This document shows, in pieces, positions 18,168-25,566 of a stretch of DNA of 26,299 nt. The translations under genes were made by a program, and so were the position numbers. This DNA is from a virus (taxonomy: Duplodnaviria; Caudoviricetes). The stretch is from IMG/VR virus record IMGVR_UViG_3300022871_000097, positions 1 through 26,299 of that record; one strand, 5' to 3'. The notes below the pieces were generated by a model. That model searched no databases. It was not told where the DNA came from and saw only the letters and a program-made list of their open reading frames with translations. Position 1 is the stretch's first letter; the number at the start of each line of letters is the position of its first letter.

Positions 18168-18346
18168 TCTTCACTCTCCTCCTTGTACACTACTTGCTTT
18201 TCTTCTGTTTTTAATAATTCTAAGTCTATCTGTCTGGAACTATAGTACCTATTAATAAACTTTTCCCAACTTAACGATGTAGGAAAACATTGTTTTGTTT
18301 GATCGATTGTCTTATATGTATAAACGTATAATTTAATTAGTTTCAT
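18164..18346 (-). CDS. Hypothetical protein
   Basis: GAGGTG RBS; ATGA coupling. Confidence 0.6.
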   Translation of the reverse strand: MKLIKLYVYTYKTIDQTKQCFPTSLSWEKFINRYYSSRQIDLELLKTEEKQVVYKEESEE

Positions 18347-18415
18347 TTGGCACCTCGATTATTTAACCATAATTTGTGTTTTTGTAGTATTTCTTCCAAT
18401 TGTTCTTGTTTTCAT
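18343..18415 (-). pseudogene. Frameshifted remnant of a second pentapeptide-repeat gene 5' end
   Basis: Removing one A gives [23 protein letters not shown], versus [23 protein letters not shown] at 18167. Confidence 0.75.
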
Positions 18416-18418
18416 TTT

Positions 18419-18739
18419 TTACCCATCTCCAGATTCAATAATTAAATCAAGCAACCTTGCCGTTTTTGTTAGGCTTGTCCCCTCTGTAACAATAAAAAGA
18501 TTAGCCCCCCTCTCGGTGGAGCACCAGAGTATATCCCCCTGAACCTCTCCTGTGAATCTATAAGCCCCTGTGTCTCGGCAGTCGAGTACCTTGTGCTCTA
18601 TCAAAAAAGAGTTTCCGTTTTTCAAGGCGATAATATCAATACCATTTGCACTTTTAGATTTTCGCCAATTAGTCTCGAAGCCCTTAGCGCGTAAAAAGGT
18701 GTGTACGTCCTCCTCACTTTTTATAATTTCTTTTAACAT
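18419..18739 (-). CDS. PD-(D/E)XK nuclease, Hjc-like resolvase
   Basis: SEEDVHTFLRAKGF...GIDIIALKNGNSFLIEHK. Confidence 0.7.
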   Translation of the reverse strand: MLKEIIKSEEDVHTFLRAKGFETNWRKSKSANGIDIIALKNGNSFLIEHKVLDCRDTGAYRFTGEVQGDILWCSTERGANLFIVTEGTSLTKTARLLDLIIESGDG

Positions 18740-18750
18740 TTTACTCTCCT

Positions 18751-18996
18751 TTAATTGTTTTCATTTTTTACCATTACCGCTTTAAATGTCGGATCATTTC
18801 TAAATTCCACTTGATAAACACCAATGCCATCAATTATTATATCCAGCGGCCATACGCTTTCCCATCCATCATGATTGTGAAAATAATCCATAGCACATTC
18901 TTCAGCTATATGATCGCCATCGTGATAATCACTCTCACATATTTTAGCGGCTTCAGTTGCTTCCTCACAGTTAGCTATCCAATATTTATATTTCAT
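18751..18996 (-). CDS. Acidic phage hypothetical protein
   Basis: AAGGA RBS; AEECAMDYFHNHDGWESVWPL segment. Confidence 0.7.
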   Translation of the reverse strand: MKYKYWIANCEEATEAAKICESDYHDGDHIAEECAMDYFHNHDGWESVWPLDIIIDGIGVYQVEFRNDPTFKAVMVKNENN

Positions 18997-19008
18997 TTCT
19001 AAGTTCCT

Positions 19009-19647
19009 TTATGCTTGGTTAGTCCCTTCAACTCCTCTTATCGCTCTATCTCTTTTGCGTTCTCTAAGCCACATAAGTGCTTCATCAAGTTTGGTTAGTG
19101 CAAGACTGTTTTCTCTACAGGGAAATTTCTTATTAAGCCCTTCGACAATAATCTTAGCTGTTTCAATAACTTCATCAACCTGGCAACCATTGTGCCCATT
19201 TTCCTTGATTGCTCCATCTTGAATTTTAAAAGTAATTTCATTTATTTCGTGATTAATTTTTATATGGTTTTCACATCCTTCTATTGGGTGCCCATACTCA
19301 TCAGGGAAATGTGCTACCCCATGATTGTTAATACTCTCTACGCCTTTTAATGTTTCTAATTCCATTTCACTCTTCTTTAATTGTTGTTGTTCTTCTAACA
19401 TTTGTATTGCGCACATAACTTCAGACCTTTCTGTTCTGAGGGCAAGCCTACGCCTATCAAGGGATGCTTTTTCGCTCCTTATTCTTGCTTGCTGAGATGC
19501 GGAATTACAATTATGCCGGTTGTACTCAACGTCAACTACCCTAAGCGCATGGTCAATGCTTTTTATACTGTCAGTTAAAATCTTAATCGCACCTTTCACA
19601 TCACTCTCCTTTAATTGTTGTTGTTCTTCTACCTTTTCATACTTCAT
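19009..19647 (-). CDS. tad1: Tad1/Acb2-like nucleotide-signal sponge domain (19009-19365) fused to an N-terminal coiled-coil cassette
   Basis: ITFKIQDGAIKENGHNG...FPCRENSLALTKLDEALMWLRERKRDRAIRGVEGTN matches the recalled Tad1 pattern (FQKG..KE...HGV...RENA.ALT..EEALMW...R..DR..R.V.GT); internal ATG at 19365. Confidence 0.75.
   Translation of the reverse strand: MKYEKVEEQQQLKESDVKGAIKILTDSIKSIDHALRVVDVEYNRHNCNSASQQARIRSEKASLDRRRLALRTERSEVMCAIQMLEEQQQLKKSEMELETLKGVESINNHGVAHFPDEYGHPIEGCENHIKINHEINEITFKIQDGAIKENGHNGCQVDEVIETAKIIVEGLNKKFPCRENSLALTKLDEALMWLRERKRDRAIRGVEGTNQA
19367..19631. repeat. 31-bp direct repeat pair (19367-19397, 19601-19631), one mismatch, 234 bp apart
   Basis: TCACTCT(C/T)CTTTAATTGTTGTTGTTCTTCTA seen twice; encodes EEQQQLK(E/K)S. 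Confidence 0.9.
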
Positions 19648-19873
19648 TCTTCTCCCCCATGCGAAGAAGCACTTCTTTTTGCTTGTCTGTAAATTTACCG
19701 TAAGTATCTACTATATATACAAGTTGCATATCCCTATCAAATGTTGACGGATACTTGTTCATCTCGTTTGTAAAGCCTCTGAAAAAGGGTACTTGTTCAT
19801 CAGTAGTCAGAGTGGCTAGTCTTGCCCCTAGCGATTCCCAATTAATAGCTATTGTCTCAAAGTTTTTATTCAT
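19637..19873 (-). CDS. Hypothetical protein
   Basis: AAAGGAGAG RBS motif. Confidence 0.7.
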   Translation of the reverse strand: MNKNFETIAINWESLGARLATLTTDEQVPFFRGFTNEMNKYPSTFDRDMQLVYIVDTYGKFTDKQKEVLLRMGEKNEV

Positions 19874-19896
19874 AGCTCACTCTCCTTTAATTATTA

Positions 19897-20079
19897 TTAC
19901 TCTTCTGTATAAAAAATTGTTATCGTTTGATCAAAGTAAACATCTAGACCATTGCTTGTTCCCGACTCGCTTTGCAGCGTTTGTTTTATATCAATATTCT
20001 CATTGTCTGCTAACCATGCATTAACGGCAGCGTTTAGTATGTTAATATCACTGCTGTTAAACATTTTACACTTCATCAT
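19897..20079 (-). CDS. Small Cse60/DUF2758-like protein
   Basis: K.KMF...LNAAVNAWL....IDIK...TITIFY pattern. Confidence 0.5.
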   Translation of the reverse strand: MMKCKMFNSSDINILNAAVNAWLADNENIDIKQTLQSESGTSNGLDVYFDQTITIFYTEE

Positions 20080-20316
20080 TCACTCTCCTTTAATTCTACG
20101 TTTATCTGCTTTTAAAAATATTCTCTTAAATGTTTCTTCTTTAATTTGCTTACTCGCTCCAAAGTCTATATGCCCCTCATTATTGTAAGGTTGATATACA
20201 TACAAAGGTACTCCAACATTTGAAGATATTTCACACAATCTATATAGATCAAAGTAGATGCATATATGCATGAACATAGGCATTGCAAGGACGATAGCCG
20301 GTGTTAATGCGAACAT
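20080..20316 (-). CDS. Hypothetical protein with hydrophobic N-terminus
   Basis: GAGGAAG RBS; ends inside the shared junction motif (IKGE*). Confidence 0.55.
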   Translation of the reverse strand: MFALTPAIVLAMPMFMHICIYFDLYRLCEISSNVGVPLYVYQPYNNEGHIDFGASKQIKEETFKRIFLKADKRRIKGE

Positions 20317-20486
20317 TCTTCTTCCTCAAGCAACTTTCCAACGTCCGACATTAATGCTTCTATATGCCTTTCAACGAGCAAGTCTTTTTCTATTGTCAAC
20401 TCTGCATTATCATCAAAAACGCAAGATAGTAAATCTATCGCAACTTGCACTTGATATACAATAGTGTTGATGTACTTTTGTTTCAT
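20304..20486 (-). CDS. Hypothetical protein
   Basis: Start at MKQKY via TAATG overlap. Confidence 0.55.
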   Translation of the reverse strand: MKQKYINTIVYQVQVAIDLLSCVFDDNAELTIEKDLLVERHIEALMSDVGKLLEEEECSH

Positions 20487-20830
20487 TACCATTTAAATTT
20501 CCCTCCCTTTATTCGCCAAGGTAGCCCTTCTTCCTCTAGTTTTTTGTTGGCTCGCTTTATCATCAAGTCGTACCAATTCTTTATTATGCGCTTATCTACT
20601 GTCATCTGATGACGTAGTTTGATGTCTCTTCTTGCTTTGTAGCCTGAAGCGCAGCCTCCTTCATTGTCGTGTATCAAACAACCACCGCCACACACAAAGG
20701 TTACCTGCGCGATTTGACTGGCATACATACAAAGCTGGCATTCTTTCAGCTCACCTTCACTATATTCATTTAATCTCTTAACTAAATAATCAACTTGATC
20801 GCCCCATAGTTTTTTTAATTCTTTATTCAT
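20486..20830 (-). CDS. Cys-rich hypothetical protein, tandem copy B
   Basis: CQLC...CGGGC...C; paralog of adjacent gene; TAATG start. Confidence 0.75.
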   Translation of the reverse strand: MNKELKKLWGDQVDYLVKRLNEYSEGELKECQLCMYASQIAQVTFVCGGGCLIHDNEGGCASGYKARRDIKLRHQMTVDKRIIKNWYDLMIKRANKKLEEEGLPWRIKGGKFKW

Positions 20831-21186
20831 TACCATTTAAATTTCCCTCCCTTTATTTGCCAAGGAAGCCCTTCTTCCTCCAGTCTTTCATTGGCTCGCT
20901 TTATCATCAAGTCGTACCAATTCTTTATCATGCGCTTATCTGCTCCCATACGAATGGGTAGTCTGAGTTCTATTCTTTTAACCATTCTTCTAGCGGCACG
21001 GCCTGATGTGCAATCTCCTTCTTTGTTGCACAATAGGCAATCGCCACACACAAAGGTTGCCTGCGCAATTTGCCTGGCATATCTACAAAGCTGGCATGGT
21101 TTCAGCGCACCTTCCTCATATTCATTTAATCTCTTAACTAAACAATCTACTTGATCGCCCCATAGTTCTTTTAATTCTTTATTCAT
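20830..21186 (-). CDS. Cys-rich hypothetical protein, tandem copy A
   Basis: CQLC...CGDC..C...C; GAGGAG RBS. Confidence 0.75.
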   Translation of the reverse strand: MNKELKELWGDQVDCLVKRLNEYEEGALKPCQLCRYARQIAQATFVCGDCLLCNKEGDCTSGRAARRMVKRIELRLPIRMGADKRMIKNWYDLMIKRANERLEEEGLPWQIKGGKFKW

Positions 21187-21189
21187 TGT

Positions 21190-21426
21190 CTACTCCTCAA
21201 TAATTTCTACACCCTCAGGTGTTATCATAATTGAACAACCACAAACTTTTGCAACTCTATGAAGAGTTTGGATTCCAGGATTACATTTATTATATTGCCA
21301 ATAACAATAAGTTGATGAACATACTTCAGCCAGTTTTAACATTGTCTGAGGTTCCATCTTTGCAATATTTAGCATATCGTTAATAGCATCAAATGCTTGT
21401 CTGTCAATTTCTTCTGAAAATTTCAT
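21190..21426 (-). CDS. XRE/Cro-like HTH protein
   Basis: TMLKLAEVCSSTYCYWQYNKCNPGIQTLHRVAKVCG. Confidence 0.65.
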   Translation of the reverse strand: MKFSEEIDRQAFDAINDMLNIAKMEPQTMLKLAEVCSSTYCYWQYNKCNPGIQTLHRVAKVCGCSIMITPEGVEIIEE

Positions 21427-21587
21427 TTTCTAACCCACAAAATAATATAAATAATTGCCATTAGTACAAGCGCGATAGCTGCGAAAACAAAAGCAAACCA
21501 AGCAAACATAAAATAGAATTTCATTATAGTTTCACAACTTGCTTTATCGGTATAGCAAACCACTGCTGTCATTAAACCTTCGTTCAT
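21423..21587 (-). CDS. 54-aa membrane protein (not in ORF track)
   Basis: MNEGLMTAVVCYTDKASCETIMKFYFMFAWFAFVFAAIALVLMAIIYIILWVRK; ATGA coupling. Confidence 0.6.
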   Translation of the reverse strand: MNEGLMTAVVCYTDKASCETIMKFYFMFAWFAFVFAAIALVLMAIIYIILWVRK

Positions 21588-21588
21588 T

Positions 21589-21759
21589 TCATAGCTCACT
21601 TACTAACTCAACTTTAATTATGTAATGTTTTTTATCCGGCTCTATAACAAGGTCTTCAGCTTCTTTTGCCGTTAAGCAAGCCTCACCTTGGTCCTCAATT
21701 GCGTTATAAATATGTTCTCTATCTTCGACCACATAATAACCCCACATTTCTTTATTCAT
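21589..21759 (-). CDS. 56-aa acidic hypothetical protein (not in ORF track)
   Basis: MNKEMWGYYVVEDREH...VSEL; AAGGAG RBS. Confidence 0.6.
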   Translation of the reverse strand: MNKEMWGYYVVEDREHIYNAIEDQGEACLTAKEAEDLVIEPDKKHYIIKVELVSEL

Positions 21760-21916
21760 CTTCTATTATCTCCTTAACCATTGCAGTTGCATTTACTACG
21801 CCTCTAATTTCCAAGGCTAATTTTGATGTATCTTTTTTATCAATGCACTTTAAGTTAACACTTTGCAATCTGCCATATAGGGCCAAAAAAGCTGATTTGT
21901 AGCTTGGGTTATTCAT
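21752..21916 (-). CDS. 54-aa hypothetical protein (not in ORF track)
   Basis: MNNPSYKSAFLALYGRLQ...IIEDE; ATGA overlap with gp157-like gene. Confidence 0.55.
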   Translation of the reverse strand: MNNPSYKSAFLALYGRLQSVNLKCIDKKDTSKLALEIRGVVNATAMVKEIIEDE

Positions 21917-22377
21917 TTACGCCTACCAAACATTATATTTTTATTACCATCCGCTAACTCCGCAAATTCTACTACTTCACCTGTCGCTTTCAAATAATCT
22001 TTGATAGCCGTTTTATCAAAAGTGATTGTGGTTTTTGATATTCTAAACTCTTCAGGTACTTCATCTGGGCAAGTTATATTGACAACTGTAGACGGTTTTC
22101 TAAACTTCATCTGTGTCAGTTCACCCTTCATTGTATCTTTGCCGGACATTTCTAAGCACTGCGCGAGATAATCAACAAACCTTTTCTTGTCCGTTTTAGC
22201 CGAGTCCATAAAACTTTTATAAATATCAACTTTCACTTTCAATGCGTCTATTCTTGCGTCCAAATCCAGAACATAACTATGGCATGAATCAATTTTGTTA
22301 GTAAGTAGAGCGAGATACCTTTCAGTATCTTGCTCTGTTTCTAATGCATAAATAATTTCTTGTAATGTCATACCCAA
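21913..22377 (-). CDS. Siphovirus Gp157-family protein
   Basis: Coiled coil, then FRKPSTVVNI...VPEEF...DKTAIKDYLK.GE.V..AEL. Confidence 0.8.
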   Translation of the reverse strand: MGMTLQEIIYALETEQDTERYLALLTNKIDSCHSYVLDLDARIDALKVKVDIYKSFMDSAKTDKKRFVDYLAQCLEMSGKDTMKGELTQMKFRKPSTVVNITCPDEVPEEFRISKTTITFDKTAIKDYLKATGEVVEFAELADGNKNIMFGRRK

Positions 22378-22823
22378 CCTGCTGGAACTTTATTAGTTTT
22401 TTGTATTTCTTCTTCAAGCCTTACGTCTTTAGGGTCAAGAAACGCAGACAACTTTTCTTGCTTTTTGCCATTCCATTCTTTGTGACCAACAAAAATCATG
22501 AATTCTTTACCAACCATAGTGGCTGGTTTAGTCTCCCCCATCTTGTTTACAGGAACGCTACACAACTCGAACATTCTTTTTATTCTTGCCATGCCTATGT
22601 TTACACACTGTACACTGTCGTTCTTATAATTGACCGAATCAAAAACAAATCTCTTGTTATATTTTTCAGGAGATAATACTTTATATTTGCAGTTAAAATA
22701 TTTACCTTTGCCGTCTTTGGTGTCCTTGCTGTCCATTTCATCGAGCACAACTTTATAGTTTCCAACTGGCATTGGTTCAAAGTTATTTGTTTCAGACTCG
22801 ACATTGTTAAAATCAAAATTCAT
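22368..22823 (-). CDS. DUF669-family single-stranded DNA-binding protein
   Basis: MNFDFNNVE...FEPMPVGNY...TKDGKGKY...RFVFD; start moved to 22823 (AAGGAG RBS). Confidence 0.8.
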   Translation of the reverse strand: MNFDFNNVESETNNFEPMPVGNYKVVLDEMDSKDTKDGKGKYFNCKYKVLSPEKYNKRFVFDSVNYKNDSVQCVNIGMARIKRMFELCSVPVNKMGETKPATMVGKEFMIFVGHKEWNGKKQEKLSAFLDPKDVRLEEEIQKTNKVPAGWV

Positions 22824-22833
22824 TTTTAGCTCC

Positions 22834-22992
22834 TTAGTATTTGTTAAATGTTCTCTTGTTTGGTTTAGTTTTAATAAAAGCAACAACCGCTGCTCTTACA
22901 AATTTAGATAATGATACATTACATTTTATTGCTTGCTTCATTATTTTAATCTTTAACTCTATGGGTAATGCTACCCCAATTCTTGTAATCAT
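22834..22992 (-). CDS. Ribbon-helix-helix DNA-binding protein (not in ORF track)
   Basis: MITRIGVALPIELKIKIMKQAIKCNVSLSKFVRAAV: strand-helix-SLSKFVR helix; AAGGAG RBS. Confidence 0.7.
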   Translation of the reverse strand: MITRIGVALPIELKIKIMKQAIKCNVSLSKFVRAAVVAFIKTKPNKRTFNKY

Positions 22993-22993
22993 C

Positions 22994-23656
22994 TTAACTC
23001 TCCTTAAAAACTTTGTTTATAATATCGCCAAGATTTGGCTTCTCGTATTTTTCAATTTTTACACTTCTACTCTTACAAAAATTTAAATCTGATGAATCAA
23101 ACAATAAGGCCCTTTGCACTTTTTCGTTTTCTTCAAATTTTTGCATATATGCTACGAAGTCAAAATATTGAGGTAGTCTCGTTCCTAATGATTTCTGAGC
23201 AACGTCTAATGTATGTCCGTTGTCACCATCTTTAGTAAGACATGTTACGAAAGTGTTTATCTTGTTCATGTCTCTAAAACTTTTAACTATCATTAGCATT
23301 TGCCTATTGTAGTCCTCATATAGGTTAAAGTTTTGCGCTTTTGTATATTGAGGCCTTAGGCTTGTAAAAAGTATTTCAGATAATTCAGTCAGGGAATCAA
23401 CCCCAACATTATTATACTGTTCGTTCCCTGTTAGTTCTAAGTATGCCTCTCTTAGCTCAACCATACTGGTTATGGTCCACACTTCAAAATCTTTTTCTGA
23501 TAACGTTAATAATCCAGATTCCATTGATAAAATAACTGTTTTTTCTTCGGGTAAAGTTCCAAGTGTGTAAGTTTTACCGCAGCCAACTGGACCCACTATA
23601 AGCATGAATAGGTGGTGTAGGGACATATCGCTTGTTCTTGTTCTTGTGAAAGTCAT
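22994..23656 (-). CDS. AAA_24 / Sak4-like P-loop ATPase (recombinase)
   Basis: GPVGCGKT, E.GLL, VDSLTE, YFDFV; next to DUF669 and Gp157 genes. Confidence 0.85.
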   Translation of the reverse strand: MTFTRTRTSDMSLHHLFMLIVGPVGCGKTYTLGTLPEEKTVILSMESGLLTLSEKDFEVWTITSMVELREAYLELTGNEQYNNVGVDSLTELSEILFTSLRPQYTKAQNFNLYEDYNRQMLMIVKSFRDMNKINTFVTCLTKDGDNGHTLDVAQKSLGTRLPQYFDFVAYMQKFEENEKVQRALLFDSSDLNFCKSRSVKIEKYEKPNLGDIINKVFKES

Positions 23657-23668
23657 GATAAAAAACCT

Positions 23669-23729
23669 TTTACTTTTATGTGTATGTTTTGTATAAGAAG
23701 TTTATAAACTATTTGGGAGAAAAAGTGAA
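23669..23729. promoter_or_regulatory. Candidate overlapping opposed promoters at the strand switch
   Basis: + strand TTTACT-17-TATAAG (23669-23697); - strand TTCACT-17-TATAAA (about 23729-23701). Confidence 0.35.
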
Positions 23730-23925
23730 CTATAAAAGAACAAAGCTTGAAGATTTTTTACTTACGCATAACGCCACTGCTGATATAGAATCATGCGGCA
23801 ATGAAACAAGGGTTACTATTTATACAAAATGTGGGTTATATTTATATGCTCACTATGCACCAACATTAAATGAAGCTATAACGCTTGCAGTTGACGACTT
23901 TTTAAATAAAAAAGATCAAAAATAG
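23725..23925 (+). CDS. Small hypothetical protein
   Basis: GGGAGA RBS then GTG at 23725; beta-beta-alpha pattern (TLNEAITLAV). Confidence 0.5.
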   Translation: MNYKRTKLEDFLLTHNATADIESCGNETRVTIYTKCGLYLYAHYAPTLNEAITLAVDDFLNKKDQK

Positions 23926-23954
23926 TTCGCATTTCGATATTTTTTGCGTATAAT
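23926..23954 (+). promoter_or_regulatory. Candidate promoter for replication operon
   Basis: TTCGCA-17-TATAAT. Confidence 0.45.
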
Positions 23955-24010
23955 TTTCACGCTTGAACAGCAATTCGTAAAAAATCACCAACTCGAGAGA
24001 GTAACAATAG

Positions 24011-24066
24011 ACCGACCTCCTTTAAATGATTCAATGTTCAGGCCATTTAAAGGAGGAAGGTTTTTT
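24011..24066 (+). promoter_or_regulatory. Leader hairpin: RBS-sequestering stem with terminator-like U tract
   Basis: CCTCCTTTAAATG (24016-24028) pairs perfectly with CATTTAAAGGAGG (24044-24056); T6 follows; ATG at 24069. Confidence 0.65.
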
Positions 24067-24068
24067 CA

Positions 24069-24776
24069 ATGGAGTTAATTATCGAAGGTTATATAAAACT
24101 TCACAGAAAAATATTAAAGTGGGAATGGTACAAAAAAGGGGAAATGTTCAAGTTGTTTTCTTATTTATTGCTGTGCGCATCCCACAATGAACACCGGTTT
24201 GAGGGCGTTGCTCTAAAGCCCGGTCAGATGCCCTTCGGGTACAAAAAAACCTCCAAGGATACAGGAATAAGCGTACAGTCGGTACGCACTTATATAAAAA
24301 GGCTAAAATCAACACACGAAATAACAATCGAATCAACGCCCAATGGGTCGATTATCACCATAGTTAGGTGGCTCGACTTCCAAACATCAACACGCATATC
24401 AACAAACGATCAACAAACGATCAACAAACGATCAACACTAACCAAGAATGGTAAGAATGGTAAGAATGAAAAGAAGAGAGAGAAAGAAAGCCCTCCGCCT
24501 AATTTTTTAATCAAAAACGACTTAAATGATTTAGCAAAAGGAATTGATAACGCAAGGCTTGATAGTTTCATTAAAGATTATGGTGAAGATGTTTGCAAAA
24601 CCCAACTTGAATCACTAGGCAACTACATGCGCTCTCAGGGTAAGAACTATAAGTGCTATATATCAACAATTAGAAATTGGTGCAGAAGAGATAACATCCC
24701 AAAGATAACAAACCAATATTTACACAATATCGAAAAAGCGAAAGATAGGCAGAGGAAAATAGATGCAAAAAATTGA
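24069..24776 (+). CDS. Replication initiator / replisome organizer
   Basis: GYIKLHRKILKWEWY...LF.YLLL.A.H...LKPGQ...TGISVQSVRT winged helix; low-complexity linker; TIRNW C-terminal domain. Confidence 0.88.
   Translation: MELIIEGYIKLHRKILKWEWYKKGEMFKLFSYLLLCASHNEHRFEGVALKPGQMPFGYKKTSKDTGISVQSVRTYIKRLKSTHEITIESTPNGSIITIVRWLDFQTSTRISTNDQQTINKRSTLTKNGKNGKNEKKREKESPPPNFLIKNDLNDLAKGIDNARLDSFIKDYGEDVCKTQLESLGNYMRSQGKNYKCYISTIRNWCRRDNIPKITNQYLHNIEKAKDRQRKIDAKN
24398..24475 (+). repeat. Iterons / putative replication origin inside initiator gene
   Basis: ATCAACAAACG x3 plus partial copy (24398-24438), then AAGAATG at 9-bp spacing x3. Confidence 0.7.
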
Positions 24777-25566
24777 TAAGATAAATATTGCAAGAAAAAA
24801 TCGCAACACTACATACTTTCAAAGTAAAATAAGTTTTTTACAAAAGCACAATGGGTTTAGACCTGGGAAAATTCACATAGTATTGGGACCAACTAGCGTG
24901 GGCAAAAGCTCATTCATGCGATCAGTAATGTATGATGTGACTGCTCATAACCCAAAAAAGAAAATAGGGGTAATACTCTCAGAGGAAACTGAAGAGGAAT
25001 TTATGGTGGAGATGATTGATGCTGATGAAAATTTCAAAGAGGTGATAGACAGGTTCTCATCGCATGAAGAGTTAAACGTTAATTACACTGATCCGATGCA
25101 AAACATTGAGAAGATTAAAAATTTTATAATTGAAAACGAAATAGATATATTGTTTTACGATAACATAACAACAAGCGATTTCTACGATGGTCAAAAAATA
25201 GATATGCAAGCTAAATATGCAGGTGCTTTAAAAAAAATATGTAAGATAACAAATATTCCATTTGTGTTAATAGCACATACAGCATCAAGTATCTATGGGG
25301 ATGTTGCCAGAATAATTTCAGCAGAAGACATTAGAGGAAACAGAAGAACGGCAAACATTGCCGAGTTTCTTTACACACTGCAAATGTTTTCAATAGGAGC
25401 AGATAGACACACTTTTTTAAACATGAAAAAATATAGGGGCTTTGTTGTAAGAGATACCACGTATGGAATGGATTTTGATCCAATAAGCAAAACATATAGA
25501 AATTTTACTGCTATTTCGTTTAACGACTTCAAAGGACTTTTCAGCGAAAGGAACAAGCTAAGGTGA
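24763..25566 (+). CDS. RecA/DnaB-type helicase ATPase domain
   Basis: NGFRPGKIHIVLGPTSVGKS Walker A; LSEET; ILFYDNI Walker B; LIAH; EDIRG; MKKYRG. Confidence 0.8.
   Translation: MQKIDKINIARKNRNTTYFQSKISFLQKHNGFRPGKIHIVLGPTSVGKSSFMRSVMYDVTAHNPKKKIGVILSEETEEEFMVEMIDADENFKEVIDRFSSHEELNVNYTDPMQNIEKIKNFIIENEIDILFYDNITTSDFYDGQKIDMQAKYAGALKKICKITNIPFVLIAHTASSIYGDVARIISAEDIRGNRRTANIAEFLYTLQMFSIGADRHTFLNMKKYRGFVVRDTTYGMDFDPISKTYRNFTAISFNDFKGLFSERNKLR

Noticed and set aside
20482-21186. Duplicated segment as a DGR template/variable repeat pair
   Set aside because: No reverse transcriptase in window, both copies are whole genes, and differences include indels
21666-21902. Plus-strand 78-aa ORF
   Set aside because: Region is better explained by coupled minus-strand microgenes with RBSs
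22824-22886. Extended N-terminus of the DUF669 gene
   Set aside because: Overlaps the RHH gene; the RBS supports a start at 22823
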